A stretch of DNA of 64,000 nucleotides from the human T2T-CHM13v2.0 reference genome, Homo sapiens: NCBI RefSeq assembly GCF_009914755.1, contig NC_060928.1. One strand, 5' to 3'. Every line of letters begins with the position of its first letter. Positions within the stretch are counted from its first letter, which is position 1. The notes beneath the pieces are model-generated. The model was not told where the DNA came from. It searched no databases and was given only the letters and a program-made list of their open reading frames with translations. Of the stretch, positions 11,666-24,719 are shown piece after piece. The position numbers were made by a program, and so were the translations under genes.

Positions 11666-14600
11666 TGATAGATACAGTAGACAGCCAAATGCTATCCAGG
11701 TCATTGTGCTCAGGGGGCTTGCCTAAACATGCCAATGGAGAAAAATTCCATCCATTAACATATGCGCAGTACGGAAAATAAATCTGTGTGGAGTGGCTCA
11801 GAATAAGGGCCCACCTGGCACTGGGAGAATGGGGTGGAGCCACTGGAAATTCCCACCTTATTCAGGGGGGAGGTGTCTAACGTCTTCAGCTCATGTATTA
11901 TGGCCTGGTATTCAAACTGCGAGGTGGGAGCCTGTTGGCAGAGCCCCCTTTTTTTTGCTAAGAACTTTCTTTTAATAAATTCCACTCTCCTCACCTTTCA
12001 ATGTGTTCACGTGCCTAATTTTTCCTGGTCATGAAACAAGAACCTGGAGTTTAGCTGAACTAAGGAGCAAAAAGTCCTGCATCACTTTGATGGCTGGAAC
12101 AGGGACATGAGGAAAGGTGAGTAAAATGCGAACCAAAAAATATCCTTCCCTTTTGTTTCTGAGACTTTATATCCTCGGACTTCTTCTGAGGGTAGAGGAA
12201 ACTGCCACCCACCCCTGCCCAGTTGCTCTCAGTTGCGAGGAATGTCTGCCTTGGCCCAAACCAGTCTTTTGTATGGCATCTTCCTCCTTTTTGGGACTGT
12301 AATGGCACCTATCTTTTCATTACCCTAATGGCTGCAGGCATGCACGTGGGAAGAACACATGAACGGCAGCTCCCTGCACCCTCTCCCCTTTCAGCTGGGT
12401 CCCAGACACATGGCCCGAGGGGCCTGTATAGCAGGCCGGCCAGCATTCCCTGCCACACATCCACAGGGTCTTCCCCTTCCCCTAGCAGAGAGGTCCAGCT
12501 CAGTCCAACAGCAAGTAAAATTTCTCTCCCTGTAGGAGAAACCCATTGGCAAAGGAATTAGAGGTTCTTCCTTCAGGCATCTTTCCGCCCTGAACTTTAA
12601 GCTGTTTTTTTGTTTGTTTGTTTGTTTTTTCTTTTCTCCACCCTGTCGACAGTTAACATAGCCCTGCACTTCAAGCTGTTTTTTTCTTTTCTCCATAAGC
12701 TCAGGAGTTAAGTTTTATATGAGAGGCTTTTTTTCCCCTCTTTTAGAAAACATTTTACTAGGCCAGGATCCCAAATATCACTGTTTATATTCTCTGTAAA
12801 GTTTTAGTTATGAAAAAGGATTTGTGAGTTTGGTCTTAAGCTATAGCCAATCTGGCATGCTTTGCCTGTCTTTCTGTATGGCTCTGTCAGAAAGAAGGAC
12901 ACCTTAAAATGAGATGCAGGTCTAGGACTCCATAGGCCTGCTGTTCAAGTCAGCCAGGAAAACTGGTCAATAGCAAACTTTGCTGTAGGCCTCCATCTTG
13001 TTTTATGTCCTTGGAAGTGTGACCTGTAACCACATAGCAGTGCTTTGTTTTAGCCTGTGCCATTTTACAATGGTGGCCCAGGTTCAATACTGGCTTATGG
13101 AATGAGTTCTTTCTGGTTGGATATCTGTGTGACCTTTGCCATTTGATGATTTTTCTTCCCCTCTACAAACAGTCCTGAAAATTCCTTTCTCTGAGCTCCT
13201 GGGAGGTTACCTTTGCTAAAGTTAGAAAGCCAGAAATATTGGCCGCTTGACATGGTTAAAGTCAGGTAATAAGGGATCTAAAAGGATTTTCTTAAAGATC
13301 ACTCAGCTTAATTAAAAATGGATATGCAAGTTGTAGGTGTATTTAAAAGGCCTTTATGTTTTTCTCTTCTTGGATCTTGTTTTTCTGGAAAAAGGTTTTT
13401 TTCTCAGTCTACTGAATTTTTTTTTTTTCCATTTTGCCTTGGCACTCTTAATTCTTGCATGAGAGGTCCTAAGATAATTTCTGATGGACTGGGACTCCTT
13501 GGGAAAAGCAGAAAAGGTGCCACAGATTCTATTTTGGGAGAGACCTCTGTTTTCCTCCTGGCTCCTCAGGAATTAGAGGTGGATAGTTCCCTCTCAAAAA
13601 CTGTTTTTGTCTTCCAGCTACACCTGTTTATTGGGCTGTAAAAATAGCATGCTTTCCTAGCCTTGCTCTTAAAGGATTCCACCTGGAGGACAATACTCCA
13701 ATTACGAGATTGGCAAATGGAAAATCTTATAACTACTGGATCTGCTTCTCTTTGTCTGTGTGGTTATATATGTGTTGTGTGCGGTATATATAAAAAGAGC
13801 TCTAATTAATTGACTTAAAGAAGGATAAGTGCTTGGATCAAAACTGTGGTACCTTTTAGTTCATGTGACTTTAATCCTTGAGAAATAAAAATGGCCTTAA
13901 AGGTATTGGTAAAATGCAGATGTTGTCAAAATGTAAATTTTTGCCTAGGGTTAAAGGATTGTTTTGAATTAAATAAGATACAACTAAAACAAGATGTAGA
14001 CAGATTGTAAAAATTAATCTTGAAAAAGAATTTCCATGTGTGAACATACCGACTAAATTCAAAAGGGTATTGCGTGGCTTTTCTGTAAATTGAGCATTGA
14101 AATAAAAGCACAACGAAGTTCTCTTAAGGCACCAATCTGCACTTTAGCAAAAATTGTAAAGGTTTTTGAAAGGATTTTGCTTTTTAAAAATCTCTGAGTC
14201 ATCATTTTGACAAAATAAATCACTGTAATCTGAAATTCTCTTTTACAATATCAAGTGTTTTAAAGCTCTAACATAAGTAACAGCCTTCCCAAAATCAAAC
14301 TTCAGCTTCAAAATTTGTCTTTCCTGGCCCCTGGAGCATCCAGAAGAGTGGTAAACATGATTACCTGACATGATTAGGTACATGGCATTACCAAAATGAT
14401 GTTTAATTGTTTTCAGGTTATATTTTAGGGACTAATGTTAACATATGTTTCAAAATTATATGGGATTTCTAACATTCTAATGTCTGAGTATATACTGTCA
14501 TCACAATTAAGGTTGTTAGGTTAAGTTATTGTAAACCACGGAGATAACCAAACTTCTTTGCCTATCGTGTTTTTGAATATAACTACCCTGGATATGTTGT

Positions 14601-17228
14601 TATGCACAGACAATTGTTGTCTTATTTTGGTCCTCTTTAAGAGATGTTTGATAATCAGCTACAGAATTTTGACAGGTGCTCTCAAATGCAGGTTTCTGAT
14701 AACTTTGGAGATTGTGATATTGGAATAAAGTAAACATGTACAGGACTCATGAAGTGCTGAAACATTCACAAATATCAAGCAAAACAAGAGTAAACTGAAT
14801 GGACTGAAATAATAGGAAACCGAAAAAATCTTTTTGACTTTTGTTTGGAACATTGCTGATCCTTTTTTTGTTTTGCACAGTCAAGAAAACTTACTTTGAA
14901 CTATTCATGGCCTTTAATAATTGGGTAAGCTATACTCCTGTGACCAAAATTTGGAGCATATTTGTTTCTCTCTCTGCCTGGCTTCTCCAGAATTTGGAAA
15001 CTAGTTTGTGAGTATTCTTATCTTATGCCAATATAGTTGTTTGTATCTGTGCAATAAGAATCAATTTTCTTTTGTAACAGCACACAATTAGAGAAACTGG
15101 TTGTTTTACCAAGGCTTTGACTGGAAGGGTATGGTTCTCTTTAAGGAGTCAAGCTCAACTTGCAGAGCCAATAAATGCCCCTTGGGAAAACTGGCCTCAT
15201 ACCTTATCTACACAGTCCCCACACAGGGTTCTTAACCTGAGGGGAGTAAAGAATGTCACCTTCTAACAGGCCCAGGAACCCCATGTTCTTGGGACCTCAA
15301 GAAGAGAGGAGTTCACCCAACTCGTAGGTATTTGAGGGTACAAACCCATGGCTGGGCTTGGCTTTAACAAAAGCCCTATGTGAGATTCCTTGTAGAACAG
15401 AATTCCATGAACACCAGTTTAAAAAGGCTATGTAAAATCAATTATAATTGCTGCACTTTATGCAAATAATCAGGCCCAGTATAAGGCTAAAGTCTATTCT
15501 GCAAACAACGCAGTCTTACCATGATTTGTTTTTAATGAAAATGAGGACTGGAGAGAAATAAATTATGTTTCAAAACTGATCATCCACTTGTTATTAAATT
15601 CTAGACTCACTAGTTGTTTTTAAGTTTCTTGCCTACATTGTAGACTAATCCTTGGTTGTTCCTGTGAACAAAGCAGCAATCTCCAACTGCAGCTCAGAAG
15701 GAACAAAATGGATGGGTAATGTAAAAATCTGCATCAATATTCTAGTTCTGAGCAATTACGTTGCAAATCCTGCCAGGTGATGGAAATAAATAGGGTATCC
15801 ATCACCCCAAGTTTTCCTTTTTGAAAGTAAGACCAAGGGAGATAACCAAAGCCAAGCCCCATGCACCCAAACCTTAGCAAGCATAACCATAGCCACCAGT
15901 TATCTGGGCATATCACAAGGCATCCTTTTTTCTCCCTTGTTGGAGGAAAACTAAATTCCCACCCCCACCCTCCGCCCCCCTGCCTGGCCCCCGTTAACCT
16001 GGGTGAAAGCTACTTTAACATCCATCGGCAGCACGCTGTTGCGGTCCCTGGGACTTGGAGATATAAGGATGGAAGACAGAAAGAGCAGTGCCTCACTTTG
16101 TCTCCCTCGTGTAGCCCGCGTATTCGCTAGGAAGAGAAAGGAACCTGGGATGACTTGCTCCCCTCTTTCTAGAGAAGAAGCCATTCATCTTCAGTCTGTA
16201 CCCCTTTCAAATGCATCCTGAACCCCTGGGACTGCTTTGATAAAAGTCCCCTCTTTTCCCCTCCTTTGTCCTCTCTTCACTGATAGGTAATTGTGTCTGT
16301 ATTACAGGACTCTCCTCCCAGATGCATCCTCCAAAACTGGGCAAAGTTAACTTCCCAAACCTTAAACTGGTTGGCTTACGATTGGCCTCAGGGAAAGGGA
16401 ACCCAGAAGCCTGACATGCTGGCAAACGGGTAAAAGTCATTTTTTTTCTTTTCCAGTTGGGTTTTTGGTCTCCCTCTCTGTGTGCAAACTGGTAAAAGGC
16501 CTTGGGATTTTTGAGCTTTCCTTACCCCCAAAACTTGTTTCACTTTGATACATGTTTTCTAATAGCCCAGTTTGTTTCTTCTCACCTTCAATCCATCTGA
16601 CTCCAAACTGTCATGCAACCAGAGCCTCAGACAATGGCCAATCTTGCCAGGGACCCTTAGATAGGCCTCTGAGGGAGATCTGATTTCCCAAACAGCGCCC
16701 CCTGCCAGCAGGAAGCAGTTAAGATCGATCTTCATCCTTAACCCTTATCCTTATTCTAATAGCAGTTAGATGTACTTTTTAGAGTGGGGAATGATAGAGA
16801 CAGGAGACAGCCAAATGCTGCCCAGGTTATTGTGCACAGGGGGCTTGCCTAAAAATGCGGATGGTGAAAAAAATCTATCTCTTAACATAAGCACAGTAAG
16901 GGAAATAAATCAATGTGGAGTGGCTCCAACTAAGGGCCCACGTGCAAAATGGGAGAACTGGGTGGAGCCACCAGGAATTCATGCCTTATGCAAGGAGGAG
17001 GAGCCTGGCCTCTTCAGCTCATCTGTGAGGTGGGAGCCTGTGGGCAGGACCTGTTTTTTGTTGTTGTTTGTTTGTTTTTTGTTGTTGTTTGTTTGTTTTT
17101 GCTGAGCTCTTTCTTTCAATAGATTCTGCTCTCCACACCTTTTAATGTGCCCTCACGCCTAATTTTTCCTGGTCATAAGATAAGAACTCAGATTTTAGCT
17201 GAACTAAGAAGCAGAAAACCATCCATCA
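11666..17228 (+). mobile_element. Full-length non-autonomous ERV1 provirus, MER61-like (MER4 group): 5' LTR 11666-12084, internal 12085-16791, 3' LTR 16792-17228
   Basis: Direct-repeat LTRs 'tgataga...catca', degenerate primer-binding site right after the 5' LTR, polypurine tract agagtggggaa (16781-16791), 4-bp flanks gtat/atat. AT-rich internal region with no gag/pol/env-length ORF. Confidence 0.88.
11715..11734. promoter_or_regulatory. p53 response element in the 5' LTR
   Basis: GGGCTTGCCT-AAACATGCCA matches RRRCWWGYYY x2 with zero spacer at 19/20 positions. MER61 LTRs are established p53-site carriers. Confidence 0.75.
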
Positions 17229-17401
17229 ATATGATATACAGATATTATGTGTATACGTCTGTATAATATCATTTACAGATGTGTGTGTATATATATCCCC
17301 TTGAAAATATTTTATTTCTATGTATTTAAAAATGCAAAATAGTTTTAAAAAAACTAATTACCAAATGCTTGAAATTAAAAAAGAAAAAAGATCTCTGGTT
17401 T

Positions 17402-17404
<3 letters not shown>

Positions 17405-17442
<38 letters not shown>
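17405..17442. repeat. (TA)n microsatellite
   Basis: Pure AT dinucleotide run of about 38 bp. Confidence 0.95.
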
Positions 17443-17446
<4 letters not shown>

Positions 17447-17916
17447 TTAGGTTAGGATCACACATTCTTGTGTACAAAATTATTACAAATCATGTATAAA
17501 TAATATCTGAGACAAAACCAAACATACATACAGAAATGTTAATTTAATTAAAAAAGAATAATACATTCTTTGCAACAGGAGCTATTCTAAAGAAGTATCA
17601 AACTAAAATAAGAAAGTAGAAAATAATAAAGGCAATAATTAAGGTATTTAAAACCAGAAAAGAATAAAATTGACTATTTTGAGACTGGCTTTGGGCCATA
17701 TACTCTATCTTAGAATTCACAGAAGTAATTAATTTAGCCAATGTTTTCAGCTTATAGAGCTGTCTACTCAGAACATTGAACACTATTCTATTTCCATGGA
17801 AGCTTTTTCTGACCTGACACCCACAATTGTTTTTTTTTTCTCCCAGAATGTTTAATTTAAAATGACTTCGCATTTTTCCTCATTTAAAGACACACATGGA
17901 CACTTATTTTTTGTAA

Positions 17917-18323
<407 letters not shown>

Positions 18324-19413
18324 TTAAAAATGATTTTTTACATGCCTCTCACCTCTTTGTGCTATCAGCCCTTCAGGGCACAAGTTGTTTTTCATTATCC
18401 TTTACCTGCACAGAGCCTAGAATACAGAAAGTGCTTAATTTTTATTTGTTGATGTAATGAGTGTGTGTGTGGTGTAGGGGTGTGTGACAGTGAGAGAGAG
18501 AGAGTGGTGGTGGGGGTTAGGGGGAGTTCATGCATAGGTGCACTCACACACAAGTATTTATGATTAACTATCAGAGTTGGCAGATGGGGGTAATGGTTAG
18601 TTTTACTCAGTATAATACCCTCAAATCCAAGTACTTTTATTCTATGGGTATTGCCAGGTCTCTTTGATAACCTTAATAGAGCATCAGGAACTCTTTTAGT
18701 TTCATCTAAATTGCCAATGTTTAACTTTCTAAACATTTAGAAATGATGCCGTAATTGTACAGTATCCTGTTGTGATTTGTGTCTTGAATACTAAATGTAA
18801 ATAACTAACGAACCAAAGTCAGAATTTTTTGCTGTAAAACAAATGAATTTTACAAATTTTATTAAAATCAGGCTTTGTTAAAGTTGCTAGAATGAATGTA
18901 AATCAGGGACAAGAATGCTTGATTGATCAGTGTCTCATTTCCTGCTAAGTAAATCAAGTAATTGTTTCTTGAAGCCTCAAAACACTCCAATAAATATTCA
19001 AGAACAACTCAGTGATAGATTATTTCACAAGAAAGAAGATTTAGACAAGACTTGATGCATTCTACCTGTCTTTGGCAGGAAGTTTAAAGTACAACTTGAA
19101 ATGTATGGAGACCTTGCCCAAGGCAACAGATACAAATGATTGCCTACGTGGAGAAATACTTTTTAATCAGTAGATTATCCAACAAGATGGCAAAATTCTT
19201 ACTTGTTCAGCAGTTCAACAAAGCATTTCTGTAGGTTATTCTGTTTTCAAATAGTAAAAATGTCTTTCCAACTTTCCCCAGCCACTTGCCTCATTTCTTT
19301 TAACCCCTAAATTGCAAATCTCTTGCGTTCTTTTTATCAATTCAGTATAGATAGAAAGGAAGACAGCAGAATTCAAACTTCAGTTTTTATATCCTATTTT
19401 AAAATGTTAGATT

Positions 19414-19672
19414 CCTTGAATTTAACGCACAGTGTGATATAGTTAATACTTGAGAATTGTACCTTTCAAAATTGCTAAGAGTGTACATTGCAAATGTTCT
19501 GACCATGAAAAGAAATGTTTGAAGTGATGGGTATGTTAACTAGTTTGATTTAATTATTCCACATTGTATTCATAAATTATAATATCACTTTGTACCAGAT
19601 AAATTTATACAATTATAAATTGTCAATTAATAATAAATATTTAAGATAAATATAAACCTAAAACATAAACAT
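19414..19672 (+). mobile_element. L1MA-like 3' end
   Basis: 'aaaattgctaagagtgtacattgcaaatgttctgacca...tgaagtgatgggtatgttaactagtttgatt'. TSD aaaaTGttagatt (19401-19413) / aaaaCAttagatt (19673-19685). Confidence 0.8.
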
Positions 19673-20194
19673 AAAACATTAGATTTCAAGACATAACTCC
19701 ATTTATAGCTCTTTAGTGAAAATTGTTGATAGAATACAGACAGAAAAAAGTTCTACTATTAAAATACACACACAGGAAATTTCATTTCTGAAAGATTATG
19801 TTATGAATTGATTTTGATATTGTCCTCTTGAGGTTATGTGTGTGGCTTCCTTTAACCAGGAAAGTCTATCTAAAATATTTGTGAATTGTGTGATACAAAC
19901 ACATATGCTTTCTTCCTTAAACAAAGGTTGCTTTTGTTCCAAATAAAAAATAAAATTGTGGAATTAATTCCAGTAATCAAATATTTTGCTGAAACCAATA
20001 ATTATCAAATGTTTCTTCTAGCAAATTTCTGAAAGGAATCATTACATTGTTCTGTCAACCATGAAATTGACTCATGATCTTTCTATCCTATCACTGGATT
20101 TTTAGGTAGCCTTCTCAATTACACAAATAACAAAACAGAGGTGATATATTAACATCTGAGGTAACTTTCTAGGAGTGCCAATTTAAATTGATAT

Positions 20195-20653
20195 TGAAGA
20201 GTGGAAAAAATATACCCTCCAAAACACGTCACTTTGACATAAGGATTACTTTGAGCTGAAGTCACTTAAAAACAGCAGACACAAGAAAGGCATTCTAATC
20301 TCTTTCTCCCTGAAAACAGGAGATTAAACACTCTTGTGTGAAAAATTCCTTTCCTGTATCAGGAGAAATGAAATGTTCTTCAATGGGGTGTCGTAGCTGA
20401 AATAATTAGGTACAAATAGATCTTGTTAGAGTAATTATTATCTTTCTTTAGCCTCCCTATATAATTTAGTTACTTTTCCACAATTGCCTCTCTTTGCTCA
20501 ACCTAATATAAAAGCATTTCGGTTTTATCACTTCTTTGTGTCTTCATTTCTTTATATTTGTATGATTTCCTCTGTTAATTTAACTTATGCCAACTTAATT
20601 CTCAGGCCTTGCTAGAAACCTAAAGGATAGAGGTAAAATTTTGCCTCCCCTAC
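20195..20653 (+). mobile_element. ERV1 solo LTR, MER34-like
   Basis: 'tgaagagtgg...cactttgacataaggattactttgagctgaag...ttttgcctcccctac' resembles the MER34 family and the two sibling LTRs in this window. Confidence 0.75.
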
Positions 20654-21709
20654 TGTTGAGAAAGAGAAAATAAAATTATTTTCCATGTATCCCTTGCACC
20701 TTTTCTTCACTTCCAACACATTCTAAATTTTTCTGGTAGGCTGTTAACCCTAGCGTTAAGAAAATGAAATAAAACAAAGAAAATAAATAATAGCAACTGA
20801 AACTCACAGACATATTGAAGTAAGAAAACATAAAGGCAAAAAGAAATTAACATTTTTCACAAAAAAAGGAAACAGTTGACGAAAGAAATGTAAGTTAAAA
20901 AAATCAACATAAAGGGGGTACAAAAGTCAAATGATGAAGTATATTAAAAAGGTAAAAAATGCATTTTGATGGAATACCATTAAGCCATGCAAATTAATCA
21001 TTGTTAATATATGAGTTATAACTATCTTTTTACCCAAATCCACCTGTCCAATTTCTTAGTTATATATCTATCAAGTCCGAATAGAAAATATTGAGTTCAA
21101 ATATTGTACTGTGTCTGAACCAATCAGCACTTCTCCATTTTGCATTTAAAATATCTGCACACATTAAATAATACTAGTTGGCAACAAACAATCAACTTTG
21201 GCCAAAAGTCCTAAATTTCAACAAAAGCATCCTTTGACACAGGTTGGCTAAGATGTCTTGAGTCTGTGCATCTTAACATTTTCCCCGTCTAGTTTGTGAA
21301 TAGGCTGTGTCCATTCAATATAGATTCAAAAGTAAGCAACAGCTGAATATTTTAGGTTCGGAGTACCACTAGCAACGATCAACAGACTGGATTTAAATTA
21401 TTTAGGACTTTGGGGCTCTCCTGAGAACTGTTGGATACTAGGGTATTCAACATGATTTTGGGGATAAAGGTTGATCAGAGAAGTCGTGGCTCAGAAAGCA
21501 CTGTTTGAATCAAAATCTAAAGAGTTAGAGACATTTTAGAAATTGCTAAGGAGGGAGATTAGCTCGGAGGAGAGATAAGACGTATCAGGGCTCTCAAAAA
21601 GGAGCAAATATAGGACATCTTGAGGGTGAATAACAGTCTTGGGGCTGACAATGCTGGCTTGTAGACAACCCAGAGGGAGGCTGGGGTGAGATCAGAGTGG
21701 AGATACTAC

Positions 21710-22132
21710 TGAAATGCCAGAGGTTCCGTGGAAGTCCCATCCATCACTGCACAGAAAGCCAGTGAGACAATGACTATTGCCAGGGAATAAGGTGACTTTA
21801 TTTATTTGGGTGACTTCAGCTGGAGAAATGGCTGAAAACTGTTTTTCTCAACGAACTAAAATTGGAGGTTTATATAGCAGGGAAGGAATGCAGCTACTTG
21901 TGGGAAAACAGAAATTAGGGAGGGGTAAGGAAATAATCATGAGTAGTGAAGGAGCTGGAGACGCATCGTCTGGATCTGGTGATCTGGTTTCAGTTCCTTG
22001 CCTGAGGGGTCAATATCCTGAGGCAGGAACTAAGATAAGACAAACATAAATTTCAAGAGTAGTAGGTTCATTTTTTGTATTTATTCAAAAAACTATAAAT
22101 ATCAGTTCTATGGCACAATTGGGTCATTTTCA
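21710..22132 (-). mobile_element. ERV1 (MER4-group) solo LTR, subfamily uncertain, inside L2-like sequence
   Basis: TG...CA termini 'tgaaatgccag...cacagaaagcc...cagttctatggcacaattgggtcattttca'. Purine-rich L2-like flanks on both sides. Confidence 0.7.
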
Positions 22133-24449
22133 AAAAGTAGGCTGCAAATGGAGGGGAGGTGGTTAATCTTAATTTTAGAAGCTACAAGAAACTTTTTGAA
22201 AGATTCAAAATGTATAGCAACATGATAGGAGTTTACGTATTTTAGGATACTGACTGCAGTGTAGAAAATACACTGAGATTAGAATAAGAATGGAAGAAGA
22301 GACACCAGAGAGGTGTCTGTCTATTGTACTTGCCCATGGCAGAGATTGTCATGGTTGAAAAGAAGGCGGAGTCAGAAGAGAGATGTTAAAAAATGTTTAA
22401 GAGATACTGTTGACGGAACACTTTGGTCTTCTACAATTACCAATATCTTCTGTTAGATCTGAGTCTTCTAATTAGAACGACTTGGTAGTAGTTCCAGTCG
22501 TAGATTCTATCAAGTGGTTCTAATCACTTCAGATCTTAATGATTTTTTTTTATCTGCTCATATTAAAACATAGTAAAATAGAGGCTTCCTCTTTAAGAAC
22601 GCACATTCCTTGGTTTAGGAATGGCCAGCATCCCTATTCCTTCCCAACACTGAGGGGCTGCTTCCAGTTCTTAGATCTGAATTCATACTGCAACTTTTGT
22701 TTTTTGCATCAATTATAAGTTTTAAACCTAGACTCAGTTGTCTAATTTGCCCCTCCTTTATGACGTGGATATCTGAACACCAAACCTTTACACTATGTTT
22801 ATGTTTTCTAGCTAGCTTGTGCCAGTAATGATTACGAAGCAAAGGAAACCAAGTACTTTAATTGTTCATAAAGAAGTTCACAGCTAGAGTTATTCACTTG
22901 TGTTAAAGCAATAAATGGTAAAGAAATTGTCTTACTACTGAAGAAGAATGCTGATAAATTTATTGAGAGTCCCTAGCATTCTTCAAGTTGTAATATTAAA
23001 TAATTGATGTTGCTAGACATTTTAGTTTCTCCAGAGAGGACACTTTGTTGCCAGGAGAGCTGTGCATTTTGAGAAAGACCTAAGGACACACTCCAAGGAA
23101 TATGTATAAATTATAACCATAATTATGTTCTGTCTTCAGAGCAGAGATACAGAGTGGTTTTGATATATTATTCACAGTTGCAATCAGAGGAAACTGAGTC
23201 ATAAGAAATTTAATTAATATTTTTGATGGCATGGAGTTAATTTGGATGGTAAATGTAGATGAACTTGTAAAAAACTACTTTGCATAATGTACTAAAGCCA
23301 TTAAATTTTCATAAAGAGATCTCTAATCCTAGTTCAAGAATCCATATCAATGCTATAGGATAATTTGAGACACATAATGTCTTTATTTAATTTATTTTTA
23401 TTAAAATGACTTGCTTTTATACTTCAGACTCTGCTTTAATTATCACATTTTATGCCTCTTATTCAGACATATAAAAAATGTAGTTTTCTTTTTAAATTTA
23501 TGTATGTATTTAATAAACAACTCATGTTATTTGTAGAATAATTTTAAAAAATGTGTATAGTAAGAAAAAGGCATCCACAATGTCAGTACTTCAAAGTAAC
23601 CCTATGGAGTATATTTATGCCAATGTTTTTTACACATAGATACATACATATTTAGGGTTTTTAAAATTTTGTTTTGATTTTTTGAGAAATTAGATCATGT
23701 AACACATATCAATTTGTAGCATTTTTTCTTTTAACACTATATTATGAATTTTATTAGGTAACTATATATATATATACATATTTATTTATTTATATGATTA
23801 TTTAATGGCTGTGTGTTTCATTCACATATTTCCTGACTATATATTAATATTTTCTTTAGACAAGTTATTTGCACATGTATATTATATTACCACATGATAT
23901 TAGTATATTATATTACCTCATAGCCTTTAAAAAAGTGCCAAAATGAGGGGAAGCATGGATCAGCCTTGTTTGGGAGAATAATGCCATCAATAATGACCAG
24001 GCCCAATATTTGAATTCAATAACAACTGTCAATCATGCCCAGTAGATTAACACTCCTAATACATTTTTTTTTCCTTTTAGATTTTACTAGCTGGGGAAGA
24101 TTTTATTTTCTTCCTTTATTCAATAAACTCTTACCTATTCTTCAAGACCAATATCAAATGTCCATTTCTGTGACCCAACTTCATTTCTCCTGGGGCATTA
24201 GTTATTCCTTTTTCTATACATTTAAATTCATTAACACCCTCCATTACAGACTTTATTGGCCTACCTTGTTAATTTCTTCCACAAGGTTATTTGTTCCCTT
24301 AATAGGGGAAGCATGTGTTATTCATTGTTGTATTCTTAAAACCCCTACAGTGTCTGGCATAGAGCAGTAATATGTTTATGAAGGCCAAGATGCAAGATGC
24401 TCTGGCATTTAAGGGGCTGGTATTCAGTCATTAAACATCAATATATATA

Positions 24450-24719
24450 TTTTTTTTTTTTTGAGACAGAGTCTCTCTCTGTTACCCGGGCTGGAGTGCT
24501 GGAGTGAAGTGGTGCAATCTCGGCTCACGACAACCTCCACCTCCCAGGTTCAAGAGATTCTCCTGCCTCAGTCTCCTGAGGAGCTGGGATTACAAGCACC
24601 CACCATCGCAAGTGGTTAATTTTTGTATTTTTATTTCAGACAGGGTTTCACCATGTTGTCCGGGCTAGTCTCCAACTCTTGACCTCAGGTAATTCACCCA
24701 TCTCAGCCTCCCAAAGTGC
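24450..24719 (-). mobile_element. AluS, lacking roughly 30 bp at its 5' end
   Basis: Antisense Alu that stops at 'ccaaagtgc'. Internal 8-bp duplication gctggagt-gctggagt. Confidence 0.9.

Noticed and set aside
12085-16791. Possible gag/pol/env genes in the provirus
   Set aside because: Only short ORFs (at most 112 aa in the track) with no recognisable retroviral protein motifs.
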